DNA of 56,174 nucleotides, counting the filler. It is 7 parts of 7 records of this genome, joined end to end, with 100 filler letters (N's around TTAATTAATTAA, not from the genome) between each part and the next. Parts side by side here need not be neighbours in the genome. Positions count along the whole stretch, not along the records: positions 8,076 to 16,801 come from SRR2962707_5587; positions 16,902 to 22,124 come from SRR2962707_5593; positions 22,225 to 30,471 come from SRR2962707_5596; 4 more parts are not named here. One strand, 5' to 3'. Below, piece by piece: positions 9,601 to 22,496 of this stretch. The stretch's first letter is position 1. The number at the start of each line of letters is the position of its first letter. The notes beneath the pieces are model-generated. The model had not been told where the DNA came from, searched no databases, and was given only the letters and a program-made list of their open reading frames with translations. The translations under genes and the position numbers were made by a program.

Positions 9601-12600
9601 TCACACAATTTCATGATTGGGATCAGAGGCAATTTTGCCCTCGGCTTTGCCCGATGACGACCGCTTTCCTTCTCTGTGGCGTTTGGTTTTGGATTCCGGG
9701 GCCGTGCTGCCGCCTTTGGCCTGACATCGTAGAGCAAAGCAAGCCAATGGCGTAAGGCATCTTCTCGAGGCGCACCATCATTCCGCAATAACCGACATGC
9801 ACATCGCCCGGCACAAACCTTGAGTTTTTGTTGCAGCTTTTCGTGTTCAACTGCCTTTTGTTTCTCCAACATTTCTTGCTTGGCGGCCTGCGTACCCGGA
9901 GTCGCAAACCAACACTCGGCGTGACCCAACCGCGAGAAACAAACCCATTGTTCTTTCAGAAACAGTGCGACATACTGCAGCCCTCCTCACCTCATCGGCC
10001 TCCAAGTTTTTGTGCATGTCGTCAACTTTGGCCTTGGCAGCTTCACTGTCATAGTCAACGATGGTGTGTTGCTTCTTTACGACATTGTAGGTGGTCGGCG
10101 TAACCTCTGCAGTATGGCGCGGTTTCCCGCAGCACTGTGCATGCTCTGGGGCTTTGTGCGGAGGGGCGGTAATTCCATGCACATGAGTCGCGTAAACACG
10201 CACTTCCTCATATGTCATTGCGTGGGGCAGATGAGCTCGGGATTTGGGTGGAAGCACAATGTTCCGCAGCGATGTAGGCATAAAAACCTGCAAATCCAGA
10301 CACACGTGGAGATTAGTACTCTCCACGGAATTGCCATGCCAAGACACAAGGCCAGGATTCAGTTGGTGAAGAATCTTCTCGCAAACATCACCTCGTCATG
10401 ATCAGCTGTCTTGGACAACTCATCAACTGAGTGGTACTTGTAGTCCTCGCAGAAACAAAGCAGCATCGTTGCGATGGTGAGATCGTAGACGTGAAGAAAC
10501 GCTGACGCTACCGAAAAGGCTAACAGGAACGTCAGCGAGAGAGGAATGAAGATGTTGTCCACGTATCTAGACGAAGGGAGAACACGAGCAAGTTAGACCC
10601 GCGTGATCTTCGATGACACCATAGCATAGTTGAAAACAGCGCGTGGCCACAACAATTGAAACCATACGTTTCGTTCGAGGAATCGGAGTAGATCGAATCC
10701 AACCGAAGCCAGCAGTAGACCCCAACAAGAGTAGCACAGGTGATGAACAGCTTGCCGAAGAACACAACGACCTTAACGTTGAACATATAGTCGAACATAA
10801 GCTAATGAGCACGATCGACATGGTGACACACGCGCAACTTCCAGCATCAATGGTTTGCGCGAACCTTTGAAAACACCCCCACAATTGCGAACTGGATCAG
10901 ATTTGTGAGAAGAAGCTTGAAAGCGTCGCAGCACGCAGCGCAAAAAGCTTTGCCTCGCATTGCCACCATGATGTACGCATTTTGGGAGATATACTTCATG
11001 CATTTTTCCACCAGACACATGATGGCATGAAGAACCTTGAACATGCATCGGTAGCATTTGTTCTTGTTTTGCCACGCTTGCGTCTGCAGCACGATTTATT
11101 CATCGGACGCAAGCACAGTGAGGAGAAAATCACCAGGTAAACATTTGTCAAACAGAGACACACCATGTACCATCCACGCAGACATTTTATTCGAACGCGC
11201 CTGTTTATCAATGTACATCAGGATTGCGCGAATCGTCTGCACCAACGCGATGAGGAAAGCCCCGACACATACACTGCCCAGATGGAACCGCAGCGTTCGG
11301 CACATAGAGTTGAAAAAAGGGCTCTTGAAGTCTTTCCCATTGCCACCCTTGCGAAGCTTGCCAGCTGCAACCATTTGGTGTACGTATCTACAGAAACATA
11401 CATCAACACCGTCAACACCAGTGCGGTGAAAGCGCTGCCGCGCCTAGCACAGGTGTGCAGTAGGCACCAACCAACGCACTGGTTGTTGAGGCGCTGGTGG
11501 TCAGGCGTCGTGATAATTTTGCCAAAATTGGGGTCAACCGGACCGTAGAAACCGCGCGGGTCTTGCACAAGTGGGTAGTAGTTCTTTGCCTCTGGGTGCC
11601 AACACGGAACGCCATTCATGTCTTTTTCACCCCAAGCTGGAGCGCTGACTTTTCCACGGATGAGCGCTGCTCGAAGCCCTGCCTGAAGCTGGGGTTTGCC
11701 ACAGCCTGACTTTGTCTCGTCCACGTAAAATGCCCGAGGATCCTGAGCGACAACAACGCACACTGTGAGGCACATCCCGCCATAATTGAATCCATAGTCA
11801 CTTAAAAGGAAGGGTGAGATCGCACCTCTCCACCAGCCTCGTCGCCAGGACGAAGCCCAGTCTTCCATTTTCTGAGGTTTTCCATTTTAAAGCGAACGTA
11901 CCTGCATAAACAAAACAAACTGAGAGAGCGGTGTTCACAACCAATTAGAATGCACGCACACCGACTGCCCCACTCACATCCCCTTTAAGTGCGTTGTTGG
12001 GACACGGTGGAAGCCAGCATGAACGTGTTCCTGGCCTTCGGGAATTCCAGCAGCATGAGTATCCAGATGACTGATGAGCGCTTGATGTTCGACAGTATCA
12101 TCAGGAATCTCCATGATGATTGGGTCAGTTTCGTATCTGCCAAAGCAGTGCAACAGGAAAAGAAACAGAGCCTATCACAATGCAATCGGGCCAGCGAGCC
12201 TGACGTCTTTCTTCCATAGCGCGATAATAACGTAGAAACGTAGATAGTGTCCATACCCTCGCATGCCCAGCAGTTGCCGGTGCATCGAGTCTGTTTTGTC
12301 ATACTTCACGATGTGCTGGTCGTCCAAAGCAAGCCGGTCCACATTCAACATCAAATCCCACTTGTTTCCACGCCGAACAAAAACACCTGGCAACGAATAT
12401 CGGCATGGAATGTTTCAACTTGGCTGCCATGTTCCAAAAAGGTCTTCCACAGTCAAGGCCAAACTCCGAACTAACAAGCGCACCTTCCGGGAGACCGTGG
12501 AACGATCGAGCGCCCTCCAAGTGCTGCGTCCACTCCTCTTCTTTCACCGAAGGATCAAATGATGGCCGAGTCCAGTACCAATCCGCTACTGCCCCGGCAA

Positions 12601-15553
12601 CAATCATGATACCAATTCCCTACGCGTAACAACAACCAAAAGACTGGCTCATACGCCAGTCGCAGCAGGACGGACAAGGCCAAAGCGTATGCGCGCCTTC
12701 GCACCTGTAATACCGCGTTCATCCACAAGAAGCAAAATAGCTGGAAGAAATTGAGGAACAATATCACATCAACGTCTGCGAGGGCTGATGCAGCATCTAC
12801 AAACACTCCACAACTGGACATCATCACGCAGTACAAAAGGCGATTCATTCAGTCGAGAGGTGGCTCAAAGTGCTGAGATCTTGACAGCAGTGCCAAGAAC
12901 GTCGGACAGAAAGACTCACGTTAAGCTCGAAGCTTCAGCCTGCAGCCATGAAGTAAGAGCGTCAAATTCAGCTGCCAAATTTTCAATCGATGCAGTGGCG
13001 TTTTCCACGTCCAGTGTGTAGTTGCTGGAGTTGTAGTTGAGACCAATATCAGTGCAGTTCACATCAAGAGCACTGGACGTGGCCCCGAAAATGTCATCCC
13101 ACGTTACACCGTCCGCAGAAGCAACAAGCATCATAGAGATCATTGCAAAAGCGAAGTTGACCAGAAGGAAGACCGCCTGTAGCAGCGCAAAGCACCAGTG
13201 AAACGACGCTACAATATGCAAAGCCTGTCGGAATTCTCCGCAGTCAAATCCGGGATACTGCGAGGCGGACGAGGAGGACGTACGGTTGTGAATGGAAAAA
13301 ACACAAGGCATGGCATGGACAATATTGCCACAGACGCCTCTTCAATGATGCAGATCGCAATTTTGATTTTTTTGGCCTGAAAAAACCAATGGGCGCAGCA
13401 TGTTTTCAGGTCTATGGTTGCAACAAGTCGGCCCTCATCGATGCAGTCACAAGAAACATTGAAAACCGCTCACCACTAGAATTGTCAGTATGACAACAAT
13501 GAGGAACAAAAACGAGAAAGAGAATGCTCCAACGCGCCACAGAGTCTGAGTGTCTGTGGTGATCTGAAGAAGCAGGGGCACGCATTTAGAATCACTCGTT
13601 GACCACAACCAGCTGGAGGCCGTCTTGTTAGCTAATGTACAAAAATCATCCCTACTACAACGTACGTCGATTCCATACGCGGATGACACGCTGACATTCT
13701 CGCTCGTGAAAGACGTGGCGTTTAGCCACGTGTCAATTGCCACAGACCAAGCATCAAGGCCCACACTCGACGTGAAGTTCGAAAGCCACTCAGCTGCCGA
13801 TGTGGTGTCGAAGTAACCAGACATAAGCCAGCTGTACCCAGCAAACCCCATGAGAAACAGAATGAAGGCTGTGACGGTGGTCCAGATCAGACAACCCGCA
13901 CAGTACCGCAAAAAGATGATGTACAGAAAACCCATGGCCATGGAACCTACCAAGCAGCATGTGACGAGTGTTCACTACACAAAGCGGAAGCACACAGAGA
14001 TACCAATGCCCAAATGCATTGCACAGTGCCGCGCGCAAATCACCTCCAATCCCAACAACGATAATGGGCCAACGCGCGTTTTCAATATCGTCAGCTGCGG
14101 AGTTTAGAGTCGACAAGGTGACACCAAGAAGTTCTGCAAGCGGATTATCGTAAGTGGTAGTTTCTGTGTCATAGTCGTCTGCCACAGCCCTAGCAGTCAC
14201 AAAATCAACAGCACAAGATCGCATTTCAGCAGGTCGCCTTACGAATTGCAAAGTACTTAGCGCTTGCCACACACAGCTTTTGCATACAGTATGCTGCTCA
14301 CTTCGTCAAACACCGAACATCGTCGGCTGCAATGTAATTGGGGTCTGAAGTGCTGGTGTTGGTCATGTCCGGGTGCGTACACACCTGGCAGCACATACAG
14401 AAGAAAAAATGAGGGGTCGGGGTTCCACCTAACCACAGCGCGATGCGCTTCACGCGGGGCAAGCTCGATGCGCGCGAGCTGCCTACTTCTTTAACTGTGT
14501 TGACAGTAGTGATGATGTCAAAGCAGCGGAAAAAAAGCTCAGTCGTGTTGAGCCACACAGGCCAGCAGTTCGTGCACATCACTGCCTCGGAGTGAAAAAA
14601 CCTGTTTGCCACGCAATAAACGCCAGAGATTATTTCTTTGAAGTTCTCCTTGAGATCGAGGAAGCGCGGCACCCACAGTTCAAGTGACAGACACGTACGC
14701 ATTTTTCGGAATATCCACACCGAAGAGAGACAGGCTCGCGGTCATTTGCGCTACTAGTGCGCTAAAATCACCGTCAATCGCAACGACGGGATCGCCGCCT
14801 GTACAAAGCAGACATCAGTTCACGTCAAAGCCCCATGAACTGTGGGAAGGGCACGACTACGATATTTGTCTACACGCGCGCGCGCACGCGAACGACGTCA
14901 CAAACCTTGGCACTGAGCTACGTAGTCCAAGCTAGGAAGTGGATTGACTTCTAAATACTCAGGTGTGCAAACAACTTCATTGGGCTCCGGGCAATGGTCC
15001 ATGCAGATACCGGTCAAGTTGAGAATGTCAAAGTCGAGGTTGTCCATGAGGCTGTAAATGTCGAGTGACTCCAGACTGCCGATCGTCTGCATCGCGTACT
15101 CGAGAAGGTCGTCTTTCAACCGTGGGTAGTAGGCGAGGTTTTTGTCCGGAAACTCGACCCCTCCACACAGCCGGTCCTGTTTAATAACGCAACCAATCAC
15201 GCAATACACCGCAACGAAAAGCATGACCATGACTGACGCAGGACAGGCACAGGCAAAGAAAAAAAGCAACTCCATAGCACGAGGCAACTCCATCCATTGA
15301 CTTTCGCGACACCCACCTGGTAGTCGCGGGCGTAGATGAGGCTGAGCGGTTCTCCAAAGTACCAGCCCACGCCAAAGCAGGCGGCCCAAGCAGCGAGAAA
15401 GCCGACGAAGATGAAGCAGCAGAAGACGTCAGTGCACTTCCTGCCCTTCGAGGTCACGGCGCAGAATTCTTCTCGAGCCATGAAGTCGGTCGGGATGACG
15501 GTCTCGGACTCGCAGCAGTCCTTCTTCTTGACAGTCGCCTTGCCGCCCGACAT
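9601..15553 (-). CDS. Choline transporter-like (CTL/SLC44/Pns1) protein, multi-exon
   Basis: RKCTDVFCCFIF, PLSLIYARDY, IAGAVADWYW, RTLRFHLGSVCVGAFLIALVQ, EKCMKYISQNAYIMVAMRGKAFC, FFGKLFI, FLHVYDLTIATMLLCFCED. Last exon ends ...PNHEIV-TGA at 9601. Confidence 0.92.
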
Positions 15554-15703
15554 CTTGGTTGGAGCCTCACGGTCGTCGAGCCACGCGCTGGCTGCTCGTG
15601 CTCAGTGCGGCGCGGCGGCACGCGTGCCAGCTCGTGGAAAAACACACGAAGTTCGCTATTTGAGCTCTTTATTTTGTTTGTATTTATTTCTCCTTCTACC
15701 TTT

Positions 15704-15770
15704 CCCTAATCCTAACCCTAACCCACTCCTTCTACCTTTCACGTCCCGTCTTAGGGTTTAGGGAACCCTA
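15704..15770. repeat. Short interstitial telomere-like motifs upstream of the CTL gene
   Basis: CCCTAAT-CCTAAC-CCTAAC-CC (15704-15724), then TTAGGG-TTTAGGG-AACCCTA (15751-15770). Confidence 0.55.
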
Positions 15771-15899
15771 GCCTGTTCGCCGTACTCTGCTGATCACGCT
15801 CTTTGAGCGAGGTTACGAGCGTACGTAGTGCGTGTTTGGGTGGTTCGTACGTCCTTCGTCTGGCTCGCGTGCTGCTTCGTGGCTGCTTCGTGTCTGGTT

Positions 15900-16390
15900 C
15901 GAGTGAGTGAGTAGGCTCTGAGAGAGTGAGTGGGCTCCGAGAGTGAGTGATAGAGTGAGTGAGCAGGCTGAGTGTGCAAAGGTGAGTGTGTAAGTGAGTG
16001 AGCAGGTGAGAGTGAGTGAGCAGGTGAGACTGAGTGAGGTTTGCGAGTGAGTGAGCTCGGTGAGTGAGCTCGGTGAGTGAGCTCTGAGAGCTCTGTGCGT
16101 GAGTGAGCTCCGTCCGTGAGCCCAGTGAGCTTTGTGAGTGAGCGAGCTCCGTGAGTGGAGTGAGCTCTGTGAGTAAGCGAGCTCTGTGAGTGAGCGAGCT
16201 CCGTGAGTGGGTGAGCTCTGTGAGTGAGCGAGCTCGTTGAGTGAGTGGGTGAGCTCGGTGAGTGAGTGAGTGAGTGAGTGCGATGGGTTCACATTCACCC
16301 ACCCACCCACCCACCCCACTCACTCCTCCTCTCCACCTACCTACCTACCTGCTTGTCGCCTCCCCAGCCACCCACCCACCCACCCCAACC
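15900..16390. repeat. Degenerate (GTGA)n/GTGAGCTC minisatellite followed by a (CACC)n tract
   Basis: GTGAGTGAG(CGAG)CTC units of about 13-17 bp over 16045-16280, switching to CACC/CTAC repeats over 16295-16390. Confidence 0.9.
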
Positions 16391-16801
16391 GTTTCCAGAA
16401 GCTGTCTGAACACGCACATATAAAAGAGGTCAAGCAACGGGTCGGAGTCACTCTTGCCCTTCTTTAGGCCCGCTATAAGGAAAAGGGGTATACTACCATG
16501 AAGCGCGGAGTCTTAATAATACTCATACGACTCACAAGAAAGGAAATCAACGGACACCACCCCCCGCCGCACAAACAAGTACAGCTGCCACACGGTGTCC
16601 AATCAGCAAGCTCCATTTTACTGAACACTTGAATCTGATTGGTGCGCGCAGTTGAAAAGCAACCAATCTCATTGGTCACTGAGGTGCGGAAAGTGAGTGA
16701 GTGAGCGAGCGGGTGAGCGAGCGAACCTGCGGACACCGGTTTTTTTTCGTTGCAATAAGTGACATGCACGTAAATACGCAGAATACGGCGTTCACACCCC
16801 A

Positions 16802-16901
16802 NNNNNNNNNNNNNNNNNNNNNNNNNNNNNNNNNNNNNNNNNNNNTTAATTAATTAANNNNNNNNNNNNNNNNNNNNNNNNNNNNNNNNNNNNNNNNNNN
16901 N
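16802..16901. other. Artificial contig-joining spacer
   Basis: 44 N + TTAATTAATTAA + 44 N. Confidence 0.99.
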
Positions 16902-17023
16902 TTTTTTTATCGCCGGCTGCCTTTTTTTTTCTGGTGATCTGCGACCCTTTGTGGTACTTGCGTGCACGCTCGCTGTAGGCTGACCCTGGACACAACTCTT
17001 CCAAGTATTTATACTACGCCCAG

Positions 17024-18233
17024 ATGCTCGAAGGCCAGTCTGCAGTGACCTCGTACGGGCGAGGCGTCGTGCTGTTGAAGAAGGAGCTTGAGGCGGCCAA
17101 CACCGAAGGCGACAAGCAGCTGCAGGCAACTATCCGCCAGCAAATCGCCGCAGCACACGCGTCGGTTGCGGAGCTGTATATGACAGATTTGTGCTTTGAG
17201 GACAATGCTGAGGTACCTTTGGTCCTGCTGCGTTGTGTCTTCAGCATTGCGGATGCCAGTTGGGCCTGTGTCGCGCTTTTGTGTCGCATTGCTTGGGTAT
17301 TCATATCACATCTCATGACCGCAGGCTCGATGCGAAGCTTGCATCAAAGCAGCGATGGCTGCTGACCCTAAAGCTCCGGAGTCATGGCAAGCTTACACTG
17401 GGCTCCGTTTAGTGCAAGGGAAGATCGAAGATGCGAGAACTGGGGCAGCCAATATTGTCAAAGCTTTTGCCGCGCGCAAGGCTGCTGTGGTACGTTAGCG
17501 CTGATTCAGCACTGTGTTCCTGCCAACGATTAGTTTTGGTAGTGATTCATTGGTCTGGATTGACTAAAAAAACATACGGCTGTATGTCGCATCAATGCAG
17601 GAGCTGAACCCGCAGGGCCCCGAGTCTGGTGAGTCGACGTTGCAGCTCCTTGGCCATGTTATCGAAACCCGCATGATTGAAGTCAAAATTTTGCCCCGCA
17701 TTTTTGAAAGTTGCCGCCGTGCGACTGACCACCTCCCCCTTCCTTGCACACCGCGCAGAAGCTCCACCGCTGTCGTACCAGTTTCGGATTGCAACACTGA
17801 AGATTTTGATTGAAGTTGGCGATGCTAAACACGCGATTGCTCTTGCGAAGCAGCTCATGCTGGAGGACGACGACAATGTTGAAATTTGGTGCGTTAGGCC
17901 CTGAAATGAAACTAGAGCGCTGAACCACCTTGCTGTCCATGATGTGCGGCATGTTCAACGCGTGGTGGCTTTGGCCTTGGCTCCCACAGGTATTTGTCGG
18001 GGTTGGCCCTCAAAACCGGAGGCCCGGAGCACTTTGCCACAGCGAGAGTTCACTTAAAAGCCGCCATTGAAATGCTTGACAAAATTCAATCCCAGTCGCC
18101 AGACAAAGCAGCCACGGCTGCAGAGCTTAAACCGAAGTACGACGCTGTCAAAACTGTTTTGTATGACATCAAACAGGCAGCTGCTGCAGCGAGAAGTGTG
18201 GCCCCTGCCTCCAGCAGCGCGAGGCAAACGTGA
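17024..18233 (+). CDS. ACL4: TPR protein, assembly chaperone of Rpl4 (Acl4-like); 5'-partial, 5 visible exons
   Basis: Spliced product AELYMTDLCFEDNAE|ARCE...PESWQAYTGLRLVQ...PLSYQFRIA...EDDDNVEIW|YLSG carries Acl4 family motifs. Introns 17213-17324, 17490-17600, 17629-17758, about 17889-17989. Confidence 0.82.
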
Positions 18234-18490
18234 CAGCCGTTCAACAGCGGGACCTAGACGTAGTAGCCACCAAATGAACGCACTGCACTCGCAATTGATT
18301 CTGCACAGCCGGTGCAGACATTGCTTGTGATGAGCAAGCAAGCGCATGATCACTTCCGCAAGGGCGTTTGTATGATGTTGCCCCAACGGGCTGTTATTAA
18401 ACTTAACAAATGCTTGTCATTTTTTTGAGTGTGCTGCCATGCGCTTAATACGGCAGGGCTTGATGCATTTTCTCATGGATGTGTTGCCAG

Positions 18491-21400
18491 TCATTGCGAG
18501 GACGACTCTTTTTGTGAATTTAGCGCGTATTTCGATACTTTCTGCCCGAACAGTTGTTTGAATTTAGACAGCCGGGCCACGCAAACTGCCGAGTGGTCTT
18601 TGCCGAGTGACAAGTTGGTGACCTTGCCCTGGCGAAATGCACATCAAAAATGCATTAGACCACACACACATGTACAGCGAACAATGTGCTTGCTCCGTGT
18701 TTGCAAATAAACACGTACGACAAGATACTTTCTCCCGTTGATAACTCGATGCACCACTTGCTCACGCATAGGCGTTGCGGCAAAACCATGATTGTTGTCA
18801 CCGTTTCCAAGCCGACCATGCGTTCCTCGTCCTGAACATGAATGACCGCCACAGCAGCATGGAGTGCCGGCAGATCCAAATAAATGCTGAGTACAAAACA
18901 CTCAACGGGAAAGCACCGTTGCGCAGATGCGAAAGCACCAACACGGACCCCACAAATACAATGTTCCGTCCTGAGCAACCGCTCCAGTGTGCTGTGCACC
19001 GGCATGCACTGACACGATTGAAAGGCTAGGGTCTTGCTTTCGATCCCTCCCCTTTTTAGTGCTTGGGCGACTCCCACCTGCCGTGCCTGAAGTACGCAGG
19101 AACACATGGCCAAGGTGAAAATCAATGGAAAGTCCAATGGCGATGACACCAGGCAGTGCGAGCTGTGTTGTTACCCGGAGGGCCAACGCCAGACGCCCGC
19201 TCTTCACTGGTCCGACTATCAATGTCTTCGACAGTGCCGTCCAAAGCAATAGCCTGGGCGAGAAGGAAAAGACGGCTTCAACCCACAACATAGCCACCCA
19301 GACGACAGTGCATGCTTTGCAACAATGTCAACGCGTACGCAAGGTGATGTCTCTGTATCATCCACTGTAGTGCCTAACCGGCCGCAATCGCCTCGACCCC
19401 AACAATAAACCTGTCCTTCGGCAGAAAGCGCAATGGCATGATCCATGCCAAATTCAAAGTCTACAATTTGAATTCCCTACCACAAGATGAAACAAGAAAG
19501 CAACAAAACAACAATGAAGAACGACTAAAAGTGCAGGTCGATCCGTGTAGGCTTGATACAAAGGCCCAGCTCATACCTTCAAGGCTTCGATTTCAAGTGG
19601 CTTTCGCACAGCCGGCAAGTCCTCAGCCGCCATGCCCTGCCCCATGGAACCGAACCGATTGCATCCAAAGACAAAAAAGCCTTTGTCGCTTAAAACTCCA
19701 CAGCCTGAGTGAGAGGTGTGCAGCTTGTGCACTTTATGAGCGTCAAAGACGAGCACCATTTTCGGTATAGACTGCGATGGCCCATCAACAGAGCGTTTGG
19801 AACGTGCACGGGCAATGAAAAACGAATGCTTTGGCAATGAAAACAAACGCCAAACGAGCACAAAAAACATTCAAAACGCAGTTCGTCGATCAAATTGGCA
19901 CCTGATCGTCGTAGATGTGTGGCAAGCCAAGTTGGCCGAGTTCGTTCGATCCGCACGACGCCACAGATTCGTCTCCCGTTTCTTTTTCTTTGACCAAAAA
20001 AAGTGTGTGCTTATCGCCACATGCCACTTGCAGCACGTGTACTTGCGGCGCAAGAAGATGTTCGTCAAAGTGGTGAACCTTGTTTAGAAACACAAAAACG
20101 CACGTGAGCGTGCTTGAGGGGCGCCATGGTCAACAACTTATCCATTGGACGGCCAATTGTTAGTGCGCACCAGCGTTGGAATGTAGTGGTCATACAGTTT
20201 TCCAACACCCAGTCGACCGTGCTGGCCGCTGCCCCACGTATAAGCTCGACCGTCGGCAGTCAGAGCTGCACTATGCGCCTGTCCAGCTGACAATTTCACA
20301 ACTTGACTGTGTGGCATCAAATTGTCAAAGGCTGCAACCTGCGTGGGAAGTGGGTGACTTTTGCAGGCCCCATTACCCAAGCGGCCATTGCGACCGGCGC
20401 CCCACGCAAAAACCCGGCCATCTGTTGCCAGAACCAGCGAGTGCTCTGCCCCGCACGACACCATTCGGATTTCTTGCACTGGGTACCTGCCGCCATCATC
20501 AGTCCACAAATCTAAATCTCAGAGGGTGCTATCAAATAGCACGAGCATAGACAGGGAAACGCGTGACTACGAAACGAACATTGCTTGCACCACCCGCGGC
20601 GAAAACTCAGGAGCTGTGCCCGAATGCCCAAGCTGGTGCGACTGATTTCTTCCCCAAGTATACACACCCCGTAGAACTTTGCTCACTGCCAAATGAATAA
20701 ACCTTTCACAGCGCAATCGAATAAAGATCATATGCTGAGGGCACACGTCAAGCAAGCGTTCAACGCGGGGCTGTAAAAGGCCATCTGCTAGATGATAACG
20801 TGCCTGCCAGTGGTGGTGCCGTGATTGAGGTTGCCTTCGAGCAGAAGGTGCAACGTGGGCTTGTTCGCGGCTGCATCATCTTCGTGAATGCTCGAAGACG
20901 TGAGAACCATGATATCGTCAATAGGTGGACCTCCTTTCTTGACGGCAAGGCGGACAAAATGCCCACCGTCTGCGCCTTCATTGAGGTTCACCGGCAGCAC
21001 TTCAAATCCCTTCACGATTCCACAACGGTGAACACGCACAGGCCAACGCAGAGTGATGAAAAGCCTGCCTGACAGCCTACGACCAGGTCATGCCCATACA
21101 TTCTTGCATACGTGTTAAACGAAAATCAACAACGCACGCACCGGTTTCTTCTTCGCAGCTGTGTCGTCCGTGTCCACCGTAGTGCTGACGAGCACTTCCA
21201 TTTCACTCACCGGAGCGGAAGTCCCTCGCTTGAAGCACAGGTAGATGAATCGACCCCCAGTCCCGAAATTCAAATCCTCCGGCACTCGCTCGTAACCGTT
21301 CGGTGTTCGGCAGTCGTCGATCGGGTTGTTCGACGAGCACAGCAGTGTGACGTCCGTGATGGGCATTCGCAGCAACGCAGGGTCCGGTCGTTCATCATCA

Positions 21401-21663
21401 TTATCACCATCATTATCTGCCTGAGAAGCAAGGCTTGATTGCGGTCGGTTCGGGCTTCCAGAGCTACGGCAGCCTCCGTTGCGTTGCTGCTGGGTTCGAT
21501 TTTTTGGCGCTTGTGCCTGTGCCGCCCGCTGAAGGCGCGTGCCATTGCTGCCTCGAGATGCCCCACTATTGTCGGAAACTCGTGCGAGTTCAGCACGTGC
21601 ATTTCCAATTCCAGCTGTTTTCGTGGCGGCTTCTTGAGCGCTGAGACGCGCCCTGCGGAGCAT
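18491..21663 (-). CDS. MABP (MVB12-associated beta-prism)-like repeats plus RCC1 beta-propeller, multi-exon
   Basis: PITDVTLL...PNGYERVPEDLNFGTGGRFIYLCFKR, GFEVLPVNLNEGADGGHFVRLAVKK, GNLNHG (MABP-like). RCC1 blades VYTWGRNQSHQLG, VSCGAEHSL...FAWGAGRNGRLG, LSAGQAHSA, VACGDKHT, YCWGRGDCGRLG, LSLGKDHS. Stop TGA 18491. Confidence 0.82.
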
Positions 21664-21964
21664 CTCTCAGCCAGCTGGCGTGCTCACCCGCCGTGGATCA
21701 CATTCTGAAATCGAGTGCAATGACTCAAGAGCGACGGTAGCAAAAGAAAAGAAAAGAAAAAAAAAAGAAAGGAAAAAAATTAAGCCGGGACAAAACAGTG
21801 TGTTGATTGGAACCTCCCTGCCACCGGAACGGCGCAAAAAAGCAAAAAACAAAAACAAAAACTGAAAAAAATCCTGGTGGAGGCATGTGGCGAGAGAGCG
21901 AAAGGAAAGGACGCTTTTACAGCGGACGCGCACTCACGCCCAAACGAGCTTGCTCAATAGATGG

Positions 21965-22124
21965 AGTGGAGAGAGAGACACACACACAGAGAGAGATTGG
22001 GTCGAGAGAGAGTGAGTGAGTGAGCGAGTACGTTCGTGAGTGAGGTGACAGTGAGTGAGAGTGAGCGCGTGAGTTCGTGAGTGAATTCGTGAGCGAGTTC
22101 TTGGGTGAGTAGTGAGAGTGAGAG
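21965..22124. repeat. GA/CA/(GTGA)n compound microsatellite at contig end
   Basis: Seen directly, upstream of the minus-strand gene. Confidence 0.9.
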
Positions 22125-22224
22125 NNNNNNNNNNNNNNNNNNNNNNNNNNNNNNNNNNNNNNNNNNNNTTAATTAATTAANNNNNNNNNNNNNNNNNNNN
22201 NNNNNNNNNNNNNNNNNNNNNNNN
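22125..22224. other. Artificial contig-joining spacer
   Basis: 44 N + TTAATTAATTAA + 44 N. Confidence 0.99.
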
Positions 22225-22496
22225 TTTTTTTTTTTTTTTTTTTTTTGCCGGCGCCAGTGCGCAGCGTGCGTGTGTGCGTTTGGGTTTTCTCTTTGTTAAG
22301 TGTGGCAGTGGCACTGCCTTCTCCCTGGGTAGAAGACAAAGGCAGAGGCGGGGACCTGCCAGCGGGGCGGTGCCCCTCCCTGTTGCACTCATCATGTTTG
22401 CCCACGCTTGCTGGGTCTTTTGCCCATTGACTCACTCTAAAAGGAGCGTTAAAGATGGAGTTTAATAGCTACAGTTGAGCTGGGCTTTGCTGCAAT

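Noticed and set aside
16045-16280. Possible CRISPR-like array of GAGCTC-containing units
   Set aside because: No unique spacers, units derive from a 4-mer satellite, eukaryotic context, no cas genes.
15751-16323. ORFs rich in LTH/SLT repeats
   Set aside because: Translations of the GTGA satellite.
17213-17758. Introner-like mobile introns, suggested by uniform intron size
   Set aside because: The introns I compared by eye share no sequence similarity or terminal repeats; an all-versus-all alignment would settle it.
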